Shown here: positions 46,596 to 57,700 of the stretch, piece by piece | Numbering within the stretch: the stretch's first letter is position 1 | Layout of the letters: the number at the start of each line of letters is the position of its first letter | Origin: Macrostomum lignano | Lineage: Eukaryota | Direction of reading: 5' to 3' | Assembly (NCBI GenBank): GCA_002269645.1 | Contig: NIVC01000432.1 | Span: forward strand, 124,001 to 188,000 | DNA: 64,000 nucleotides | Position numbers and translations under genes: made by a program | Notes under the pieces: generated by a model | What the model saw: the letters and a program-made list of their open reading frames with translations, nothing else | What the model was told of the DNA's origin: nothing | The model's database searches: none

Positions 46596-48473
46596 ATGGG
46601 CCCGTTCCCCTTTCGTCTGGTGCCTATGCTGGACGAGCAGCACGACATTCTAGTGCTGACTGGCCTGATTGGCCTGGTAGTGGTGCTGCTGGCATACTAT
46701 GCCTACAAGCGGCTGTACTGGTCCAGATCCATTCCCATACCTATCGATCTGCCCAAGCTGCCCAGGGTGCCATTGTTAAACGATACTCGGCCGCATTTTC
46801 GTAAACGCGATCGAATTCGTTATTGGGTTCGACGGGTGATGCGTCAGGCTCCGCTTCCCAATGTACTGTTGGAGGCCAGGCGGCAGAAACCTGCAGCGGC
46901 TGTGTCTAATATACTCAAATACCTGAGACAGGTGTGCTGTGGGGGCGCACTGCTGGATTCTGTGTTTAGTAATGTGGAGCTGAATGGGATTCTGCATGAT
47001 TTGATGCAGGACGCTGAATGAGATTCTGCATGATTTGATGAAGGACGCTGAATGGGATTCTGCATGATTTGATGCAGGACGCTGAATAGGATTCTGCATG
47101 ATTTGATGAAGGACGCTGAATGGGATTCTGCATGATTTGATGAAGGACGCTGAATGGGATTCTGCATGATTTGATGCAGGAAGCTGAATAGGATTCTGCA
47201 TGGTTTGATGCAGGACGCTGAATAGGATTCTGCATGATTTGATGAAGGACGCTGAATGGGATTCTGCATGATTTGATGAAGGACGCTGAATGGGATTCTG
47301 CATGATTTGATGCAGGAAGCTGAATGGGATTCTGCATGATTTGATGCAGGAAGCTGAATAGGATTCTGCATGATTTGATGAAGGACGCTGAATGGGATTC
47401 TGCATGATTTGATGCAGGAAGCTGAATAGGATTCTGCATGATTTGATGAAGGACGCTGAATGAGATTCTGCATGGTTTGATGCAGGATGCTGAATAGGAT
47501 TCTGCATGATTTGATGCAGGAAGCTGAATAGGATTCTGCATGATTTGATGAAGGACGCTGAATGGGATTCTGTATGATTTGATGAAGGACGCTGAATGGG
47601 ATTCTGCATGGTTTGATGCAGGAAGCTGAATGAGATTCTGTATGATTTGATGAAGCAGAAAGCTGAATGGGATTCTTCATGATTTGATGATGCAGGAAGC
47701 TGAATGGGATTCTGCATGACTACGGTATATCGGAATAAGTAGATTGGGATTCTAATACGATTCCACCTTTCTAATTACAGGTCGGGCCCCGTGGCAGCGT
47801 TGGTCGCGTGCCGCTGGCCCGCGCTCGCATCTCGGCCATCCCGGACTACTTCCTGGAGCCCGAGGATCGCGACGCGGACGAGCCGACCATGCTAAATGAA
47901 TTTTATCTAGCAATTAAATCAGTGCGAATATTCGGCAGTCTGGAGCGCTCCTTCATCATGGAGCTGTGCAAGTGCCTGGAGATCATGGAGCTTCGTGCCG
48001 GCGATGCCCTGTTTAAGATTGGCGACATCGATGGCGACATGTTCATTGTGCAGACCGGCCGCGTGCAGCTCTACATGACTGAGGACGGTGAGGCCCGCTT
48101 GTAGTGTGTTTCATGCCCGTGTGCTTTTTGGCAGCTTGCGGCTGATCCTGGGAATTCATGGAAGCTCAGCCACTTTCATCCTGTCTGTCTCTTTCTTACT
48201 CTCCTCTCCCCTCTACGACTCATTCGAGATGTACATAGCGCCTGCGTACGTTTTTAATCCACATTTGCGAGCTCCTCACTCACATCGAGCTATCGCATTT
48301 ATATCGGAGACCATCTCGCTTAAAAATATTTGCGTTCATAATAGCCCTGGGGAAGAATATCGGCACTTTGCTTGAATTGTCTGTCTATCTGTCTGTCTGT
48401 CTGTCTATCTGTCTGTCTGTCTGTCTCTGTGTCTGTCTGTCTGTCTGTGTGTCTGTCTGTCTGTCTGTCTGTC

Positions 48474-48546
<73 letters not shown>

Positions 48547-48575
48547 GTGTCTGTCTGTCTGTCTGTCTGTCTGTG

Positions 48576-48622
<47 letters not shown>

Positions 48623-48643
48623 GTGTCTGTCTGTCTGTCTGTG

Positions 48644-48690
<47 letters not shown>

Positions 48691-48699
48691 GTCTGTCTA

Positions 48700-48748
<49 letters not shown>

Positions 48749-51700
48749 GTCTGTCTATCTGTCTGTCTATCTGTCTGTCTGTCTGTCTCTGTGTCTGTCT
48801 GTCTGTCTGTGTGTCTGTCTGTCTGTCTGTCTGTCTCTGTCTGTCTGTCTGTCTATCTGTCTGTCTGCTATCTGTCTGCCTGTCTGTCCGTCTGTCTGTG
48901 TGTCTGTCTGTCTATGTCTGTCTCTGTCTGTCTGTCTATCTGTCTGCCTGTCTGTCTGTCTGTCTGTCTGACTGACTCTCTGTCTGTCTGTCTGTTGCCA
49001 ACCCCGCCCGCCCCCCTCAATCCGCAGGTGTGCAGCACCGATTCCACGAGTTTGGGCCCAACCAGCCGGTGTACTCGCTGCTAAGCTTCCTAGACGTGCT
49101 GACGGGCCACCCGCGGCCCTATCGAACCCTGTCAGCAGAGGCGGTCACCGACGCCAAGGTGCTGCGCATTCCTTCCCGCCGTCTAGTTGGCCTGTTCGCC
49201 CAGCAGCAGTTCCAGCAGACCATGGTGCGCATAGTCCAGGTGATCACCATCCGACTGCAGCGGGTCACCTTTCAAGCCTTGAATAACTATTTGAGCCTGA
49301 GCACGGAATTGTTTAGCGCCGATAGGCAGTCGCTGCCGGACTGCGAGGTGCTCAAACTGCAGGGACGAATTGCTGAGCTGTCTGGCGTTCCCCTTCTGGT
49401 GTCGAGTAAAACAGCAGCTTCTGCCGCGGCTGCGTCTTCGTCTGGCGGAGCTGCTGAAGCTGCGGCTGCTGCTGCATCGGCCAGTCTGGGGGACAGCGGC
49501 AGTAGCGGTGAGTGCAGACTGGTTGTCTAGCCTGGTGGGCTGCTCTATAGATGTTGATCTAGGCTGCTCTAGAGATACATAGGCTGTTCTATAGATGTTG
49601 ATCTAGGCTGCTCTATAGATGTTGATCTAGGCTGTTCTATAGATACTGATAGGCTGCTCTATAGATGTTGATCTAGGCTGCTCTATAGATACTGATAGGC
49701 TGCTCTATAGATACTGATAGGCTGCTCTATAGATGTTGATCTAGGCTGCTCTATAGATACTGATAGGCTGCTCTATAGATACTGATAGGCTGCTCTATAG
49801 ATACTGATAGGCTGCTCTATAGATACTGATAGGCTGCTCTATAGATACTGATAGGCTGCTCTATAGATGTTGATCTAGGCTGCTCTATAGATACTGATAG
49901 GCTGCTCTATAGATACTGATAGGCTGCTCTATAGATGTTGATCTAGGCTGCTCTATAGATGTTGATCTAGGCTGCTCTATAGATACTGATAGGTAGGCTG
50001 CTCTATAGATTTTGATCTAGGCTGTTCTATAGATACTGATAGGCTGCTCTAGCTATAGATGTTGATCTAGGCTGTTCTGTAGATACTGATAGGCTGCTCT
50101 ATAGCTACTGATAGGCTGCTCTATAGCTATTGATCTAGGCTGCTCTATAGCTATTGATCTAGGCTGCTCTATAGATATTGGTAGACTACTATATATATAT
50201 TGATAGACTACTCTATAGAGATTGATAGGCTACTCTAGAGAGATGTATATAAATTACCGGAAGAGGTAGGTTGACCACCCAGGAAATTGAAAGACTAACT
50301 TGGGAAATTGAGGGCATTCATTGAAGAAAATTTGAAAGGTCATCAAGATCCGAAGACAGTCTTGAACTCAATAGTAGCTTAGCTCGCCGGTGACACCGCA
50401 TCCCGCTCATCTTGTTTATTGTTTTCCAGCCGCCGGTGGTCAGTCTCTTATTGAACAGGCGCAGCAGCAGCAGCGGCATTATCACCAAGACCAGACACCG
50501 CCAGTCCGCGTGTACACCCGCTCCCGGTCTCGGTCTCCGTCGGCGGCGGAATCTTCCACCGCAGCGTCCGACGCTCAGACAGTTGCCGCCGCTGTCGCCG
50601 CCTCGCCCGACGCGCCTTCCGTTTCAGCTTCGAACGACGCCGATACGGACTTCGACGCCGCGGTTGAGAAGGCGTTGGGCAATCGGCGTACTAAGAAAGG
50701 CAGTCTGGAAGGCTTGGAGATGGGCGAACTACCAAGGCGTCACATGTCGCTAAGTTTGCACTCAGGTGGAGGCGGTGGTGGCAGCGGCAGACGGCGGACA
50801 TCGCGGGTGCCAGCAAACGAGCAGAGCGACGCGTTTCTGAGCACTTTGATGGCGGCGGCTAAGAAGGTAAAATTAGTGCGGCTCTGGCTTGAAGATGGGA
50901 TGGGATTGATGGGTTCTCTTGACTTACTTGACTTAGCTGCAGGGCTGTCCCGGAGGGAACACAGCGGGAAGGTGCGAGCGCCCATTCCGCTAGTCCCTGA
51001 ACGGCCGACGCGTCGCTATGGACGGAGGGTTGGCGCCGCCCAGGGAGGTCCCCCAGTGTCGCCAGCAGCTATAGTGCTCTCTGGAAAGGAGAGTTCAGCC
51101 CTGCGGGTGGCCCGAAGGTAGCGCATGAGCTGATTAAAGTTTTCGGGTTTGCACGCTTCAGTAATAGATGTGTGTGGCCCGAGGTAAGTGAGTCTGGCCC
51201 GCGTGAAGGCGGGACAGATGCTGACGAAATGCTCAGCGGTTTCGTCACTGAGTTGCAGAAACTGCAGGTGGCGCTGGTGGGGTTGCCCTGCAGGTACTGG
51301 TGCCTGGAGAAGCAGCCGTGACCAGAGAGGGTCATGGTGGCAGCCCGGATGTCTCTGCGCGAGAGGCGCAAGAGGAGCTTCCGGAGCTGGTGAGAGGGCT
51401 GAGGGACAGCGCCTCTGGATTGCCTGCAGTTCGTGCGGTTCGCCCAAGTCGAGCGGTGCTGAGTCCTGATCCACGCTTTGATGCGCGAGTCGATGACACA
51501 GCCAGGAATCGGGACAAGAGGTTCGGGGCCGAGAGAGGAGCCGGAGGCACCAACTTTTGCAAGGGTGTCAGCCAGCTCATTTCCTCGGATCCCCACATGC
51601 CCCGGAACCCACTTAAGGGTAATTTTGTTGGCGGAACCCAACACGTTGAGAAGTTTGATACAGTCGAGGACTGTAGCAGAGTTGGTGCTGCAGCCACTGA

Positions 51701-54700
51701 TGGCGTGCAAGGCAGCTTGGCTGTCCGAATGGAAAATGATGTTCTTACCAGTAACGCCAGTGGCGAGAAGCTCTGCAGTGCAGGAGCTGATGGCCAGAAC
51801 TTCATTTTGGAAAACACTGGAGTTGACCCCAGTGTATTGAGCGTGGGTAGCGATGACCCTCCCGTTCAGAAAGATTCCAACACCAAAGCCGGTGTTGGCT
51901 GACTGCTTAGAACCGTCGGTGTAGCAATGAAGCTCACCAGGGTTCCATTGGTCATTGATGTTATCGCGCGGGTCGATAGCTACGGAGTAGCGCTGTCTCA
52001 GGTTGAGCGTTGAGGCAATGCCATCGGTGAAGACGCGATTGGCCTGACACTCGTTGAGAAAGTTGAGGCACAGATCGCTATGCGGGACAAGGTTCCGCTT
52101 AGCAGGTGCTCTCATGTAAATGAATTTGACGCCGGCATCAATTAGACGCCGCGTCGTTCTAGCCGCCTCACCCCTGATGAAGAGGTCAAGAGGCGGAAGA
52201 TTAAGGAAGGCCCCCATGCCAGCAAAGGGCGTGGACCTGGTGGCGTTGCAGATGAGCCTACACGCTCTGCCTTGGATCGTGTTGAGCAGGTCTGCATGGC
52301 TTTTGACCTGGGTAGCGCTAACCCAGACAACAGAGGCGTACGTAATGGCAGGTCTAACTACGGAAGTATAGATCCACCAAAGCCGCTTTGGGGATAGACC
52401 CCAAGAAGTGCCAAGTGCTCGTCGGAGCTGGGCCAGGATGGCTGAGGCACGCTTGGCTTTTGCTTTCACGTGGAGGACCAGTTGAGCCGGTGGTCAAGTA
52501 TGACCCCGAGACATCTGGTCTGGTGCGCGAAGGCAATATCTCTGCCGTAGAGCTGCAGAGGACGTATGTTCCAGCGTAGTCTGCTGGTAAACATAATGGC
52601 AACGGTTTTGGGCTCAGAGAGTTCCAGACCATTGTCATTGGCCCAGGATTCTGCTTTGCGGATAAAGCTCTGCATCAGATCCCTGAGCGTGCTGGGAGAC
52701 GGTCCTGCCACAATGACCGTGACGTCATCAGCATACCCGACTTTGAAGACGGGGTCGGGTCGGGAGTCACTCAAAAGAGCGTCCATGACCAGGTTCCAGA
52801 GCGTCGGGGTGAGGACTCCGCCTTGGGGTCCACCCTTACAGACTCTGGTGGAGGCAGTTTGCCCAAGAAGTTGGGCAGTGACCGTACGGTTGGAGATCAT
52901 GTACATGATCCACCGTATGAGGGTAGCATGAGCTTTGCGATTTTGAAGGGCCCTCTGAAACGCTTCAAAGATAACGTTGTCGAAGGCGCCAACAATGTCA
53001 AGAAAGAGAGCCAGAGCGTAACCGTCACCCAGTACCGCCCTTTCAATCTTCTCGACAATCGCATGCAGGGCGCTGTCAGTCGACCTCCCGGTACGGAAGG
53101 CGTGCTGATTATTGCTGAGGGGCATCGCTGTCAGCTCGCAGGACAGCAGCCGCCAGAGAATAAGCCTCTCAGTGAGCTTAAGCATCGCTGACGTTAAGCT
53201 AATAGGCCGGAAGGCCTTGACGCTTTGGTAGTCACCCTTCCCAGGTTTGGGAATAAAGACTACCCGAGCTTCAGTCCAGCATTTGGGAACGTATCCCAGC
53301 TGGATAGAGGCCCGCATAAGATTGCGGGTGAGTCTCAGGAACGAGGGTATCTTGGCTGCTTCACGAAGGAGAACAGGGTAGATACCATCAGGTCCAGGAG
53401 ATTTGAAGGGTTTGAAGGTTCTGACCGCACGAGCGATTAGGTCTTCAGTGACAATGCCCGCCGCTAGGGTGGCTCCATCCATCGAATGGTTGGGCTCCGG
53501 TCTAGCAGTAGGTACCCTCGGGAAGAATGTGCTAAGCATATGCTGAAGCACTTCTTCAGGGTCTTTAGTAAGAGAGCCATCATCTTTTTTGATCATGGCT
53601 AATTTGGACATTTTGTCCATTGTAAGGGCCTTGACAAGCCTGGAAGTAGGTCTGTCTTGATCCAATTCATTGCAGAATTGGCGCCACTTACATTCCTTGG
53701 CCTTGCGCACTTCAGATTTTAAATTGCGGGAGGCTTGCCGGAAAAGCTCCATGTCCTCCGGGTTTCCGGTCTTCATGGCACGGCGATGAAGGCTTTTGGC
53801 CTTCCGCCTGAGTTTCCCCAGCTCCGGGTTCCACCACGGCGCCGAGGTCTTGCCTTTGTAGGCGCGAGCAGGACAAGCCGCTACGTAGGCTGCAATAATG
53901 CAACCTGTCAGCGTCTCAGCCATATGATCCACATCCTCGCAGGTCTCAATCGGACGTAAGTCCGTGAGTTCCTGCAGGTGCAGATCAAGGGCAGCCTTGT
54001 AGGCCGCCCAATCAGTGTTGCGGATATTTCGCCTCCAAGTGATCGGAGACTGGGTTTTAGTGTCCGCGATGTTAAAGACGATAAAGCAGTGGTCAGACAG
54101 GGAGGGCTCCTCAGACCAGACTCTCCACTCCTCAACTCTGTCAAAGAGTCTTGGGGTAACGAGTGTGGCGTCGAGGACCTCGGTCCATCTGCCATTATTA
54201 AAGGTAGGAGTGCTGCCGCGGTTGCAGAGCATGAGGTTTGTGTTAGAGATAAGGGCCAGAAGCTCCTCTCCTCTAGTGTTGGTATCTTTGCTGCCCCAGT
54301 GCTTGTGGTGCACGTTGAGGTCGCCCCCTAAGCACAGCTCAGCGTTCTGGGACTCGCAGTACTGCGCAAGGCGCAGTAAACTCTCGGGAGCAGGGTCTCT
54401 GTCGCCTGGGATATAAACCGAGGCAACAAGACACGTACGCGGAGAGAAATGATTAGATTGGATGACGCAAAGGTCTCCATCAGAGAGATCAGTCCTCAGC
54501 CAAGCCTGGAGATGGCTAGCAGCGAGGATAGCCGCTCTAGGGCGGCTGTTCCCCGGGCCACACACATAAAAATCAGAGTAGCCAGAGGGAATGTTGGGCA
54601 ACTTACCGTTGCGCATCCAGGGTTCCTGGATCAGGATGAGGCCTGGCCTGTACAGCTCAGCAATCTTCATCAGATTTACTGACGCAGATACGCAATGCTG

Positions 54701-57700
54701 TAAATTAATTTGCAGACAGAATGTCGCTCCTTTGGCAGCGTGGAGCTTATTCATACTGTATTAAATGCAATTTCTGGCTAGAGCCCAGGGCCATCAAGGA
54801 GACTTGGACAACAGATCGTCCTCGTCCCAGGCCGCTGGGGCTTGACTGGGAGATGGGAGTTGGTCGACGTCCATGGCCTCCTCACCCCCACCGGCCCCCC
54901 AGCAGAGTCCTCAGGCTCCGATGACAGGATGGAGGAAGCTTCCTCACCTGCATCTTTACCTTCAGACCCCACCAGGGTGGCCGAGGAGAGCTCGGATTCC
55001 GAAGACCCGGCCTCGTCCTCAACTCCTTCTCCGACTGGCAGGTTTGGTTCCCGGGGCTTGGCCGGAGCCGTTACCGCGGTCGCCGAACTGCTGCTAGCAG
55101 AGGGGCGAGATGCAGCTTTGGCTTTGGGATCGGCTTGCGCCTTTCCTTGGGCCTTAGACTGCGCCCCGCTCTTGCCGGAGATGCCGGGGTTGGCAGTAGC
55201 CTTCCCTTTGGCAGACTTTCCTCGGCGCATCTTGAGCTTGAGGGCACCCAGCTGGAAAGAGGATCCATTAGGGTACCGACTCGCCCAAGTGCTGGAAAGG
55301 CCGAGGACAATTGAGTTGCCCGTCTCCCCCCTGCGGACTTTACGGTGATACACCAGTCCACTAGCAGGGAGGTCGGGGTTCAGACGCAGTAGGACCCGGC
55401 GAATAACGTCTGGTCCAGCTGCGGTGCTCTTAGCAGGGACGAAAACCACATAGGGTATCGTCTTTGGACGCTGGCCCTCGCGAAGAAAAAGAGCTCCGCC
55501 AAGGTCAGCATCCAAGGAGACCGTCGGTAGCCGCTGGAGCAGCCGCCGAGCGTCCTCCTCGCTGCTAGGAGCAATAAGAACGAATGTGCTTCGCAGCACC
55601 ATCCGCTCAATGCCGATGGAGATTCCCTCCTCGACAGTCAGCTCAATCAGATAGGAGTCAACAGCACTCCACACTTTTTGAAGCTGATCAGTGGTCCAGT
55701 CCTGGTCGCGACCTTGGATGATCACTCCCGGGATTTTGGCCTTGGCCTTCGCCGCAAAGGTAGCTCCCGAAGGAACCTCCTTGTTGGCAGTGGCCATTTG
55801 TTGCGCCGTGGTTTCGGCCTCAGCAGCCGCAGCAGCATCTCCAGGGAGCGCCGCCGCTGAACTACCGGAGCTTCCACCGGCCGGCCCGTCTGGTTGCCTT
55901 GGGACGCCAGTCGCTTCAGCATCCATGGTGGACGCCGCCCCCCGGAGAAACAATATATCTTTGGCCCCCGCAGCTCCCTTCTTGGCCTGCCTTTTGGCGC
56001 GTTGTTTAGCGCGTTTGCGCTCAAGCCGAGCCCGCTGAGCTTCATCGGATCTGCCAGATTTGGCCGGTCCTTTAGGCTCAGAGCTCGCGGTTCCCTTAGA
56101 TCCACCAGCGGAGCTGGCAGGTCTTGGGCATTTTGAGTTTGGTAGCTCTGGTCGGATCTGCCAGCAGAGCCAGCCGGTCCTTCCTTTGCCACAGTTGAAT
56201 CAGTCGGTTGGGATCTGCCAGCAGGGCCGGCCGGTCCTTCGGACTGAGGTTGGGGTTTAGAAGGGTCCCCGTCCCTAGAAAAAGCTTGGTTATCCATAGT
56301 CGGCTCGAAGGCCATGATAAAAGGTTGGTGGGCTACCCTCAAAGGGGCGCGGTACCCACCCGGCCGCTCCACCTGACCGGGCAGTAGGCCAATAGAACCC
56401 TCAAGGCTGGCCCGACACCAGGAGGGGGACCGCTTGCGACCGGACTACTCCCCGGCCTTCCAGCCCATCGGCACGGTCAACACCTTAGGCATTAGAGAGT
56501 ACGTTGAGCAGTACCACGGCCTGCAGGTTGGCGAGCCAGACCCGCATACCCAAATTCGGCCGAAGCCACTGGATAGGGTCGCCAGCGCCGGAGCCCAGTC
56601 TGTCCAGCAGCCCTAGGGACTGCCTTGAACACACGCGGGGACGAGTACCCTGGGTCGACTTGCGAGACAGCGTGGGGGGGGGGTCTGCGGCTGCCAGAGG
56701 CAAATAGAGGGTGCAGACCTCCCACCAGCCTTGACCTGCTGAAGATAGGGGCAGGCGTGAAGCATCGCAGACCTTAGCCCATGGGCCTAGTCTGTCTCAT
56801 ACTTCACTGGCATGCTGAATACGCCTTCGCGTGCGATGGGTTCTCACTCTTGGATAGGTAGTGTGGCCTGTGGGATAGGTTCTCAGATGGGTGGTGTTGG
56901 GATGGGTTCTCAGATGGTTGTGTGGGATGGGTTCTCAGATGGTGGTGTGGGATGGGTTCTCAGATGGTGGTGTGGGATGGGTTCTCAGATGGTGGTGTGG
57001 GATGGGTTCTCAGATGGTGGTGTGGGATGGGTTCTCAGATGGTGGTGTGGGATGGGTTCTCAGATGGTGGTGTGGGATGGGTTCTCAGATGGTGGTGTGG
57101 GATGGGTTCTCAGATGGTGGTGTGGGATGGGTTCTCAGATGGTGGTGTAGGATGGGTTCTCAGATGGTGGTGTGGGATGGGTTCTCAGATGGTGGTGTGG
57201 GATGGGTTCTCAGATGGTGGTGTGGGATGGGTTCTCAGATGGTGGTGTGGGATGGGTTCTCAGATGGTGGTGTGGGATGGGTTCTCAGATGATGGTGTGG
57301 GATGGGTTCTCATATAGTGGTGTGGGATGGTTTCTCAGAAAGGTGGTATCTCAGTAGGTGGTGTGGGATGGGTTTCCTAGTGGGTTGTATGGGATAGGTT
57401 CTCGGTGGGTGGTGTGGGATGGGTTTCCTAGTGGGTTGTATGGGATAGGTTCTCGGTGAGTGGTGTTGCATGGGTTCTTATATGATGGTGTAGGATGGGT
57501 TCTCATATGGTGGTGTAGGATGGGTTCTCATATGATGGTGTAGGATGGGTTCTCATATGGTGATGTAGGATGGGTTCTCTGAAAAATCACTATGCCATAT
57601 AAATTTGAGCACCCAACGATTAGCCAATCCCCACCCGCAGGACATTGCGGCAGTATTCGGCCTGCCGGACGCCTCGCTACTGGAGGACCGGGTGACCCTG

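Larger units (their letters stand above)
50919..56834 (-). mobile_element. Full-length non-LTR retrotransposon (APE endonuclease + RT + RNase H; LOA/Lian/R1/Tad1-like), antisense in NTE intron 4
   Basis: 11-bp TSD GATGGGTTCTC at 50908-50918 and 56835-56845. The 3' tail is two TAAGTCAAG units, one completed by the TSD. Two ORFs and a 5' UTR of about 520 nt. Clade assignment is inferred from domain order. Confidence 0.93.

Noticed and set aside
50867-51121. Extension of NTE exon 4 ORF past 50866
   Set aside because: The AAG|GTAAAA donor joins in phase to 57641. The extension is intron plus the LINE 3' end.
51188-56707. Plus-strand and alternate-frame ORFs overlapping the LINE
   Set aside because: Antisense shadows of GC-rich coding sequence with no recognisable motifs.
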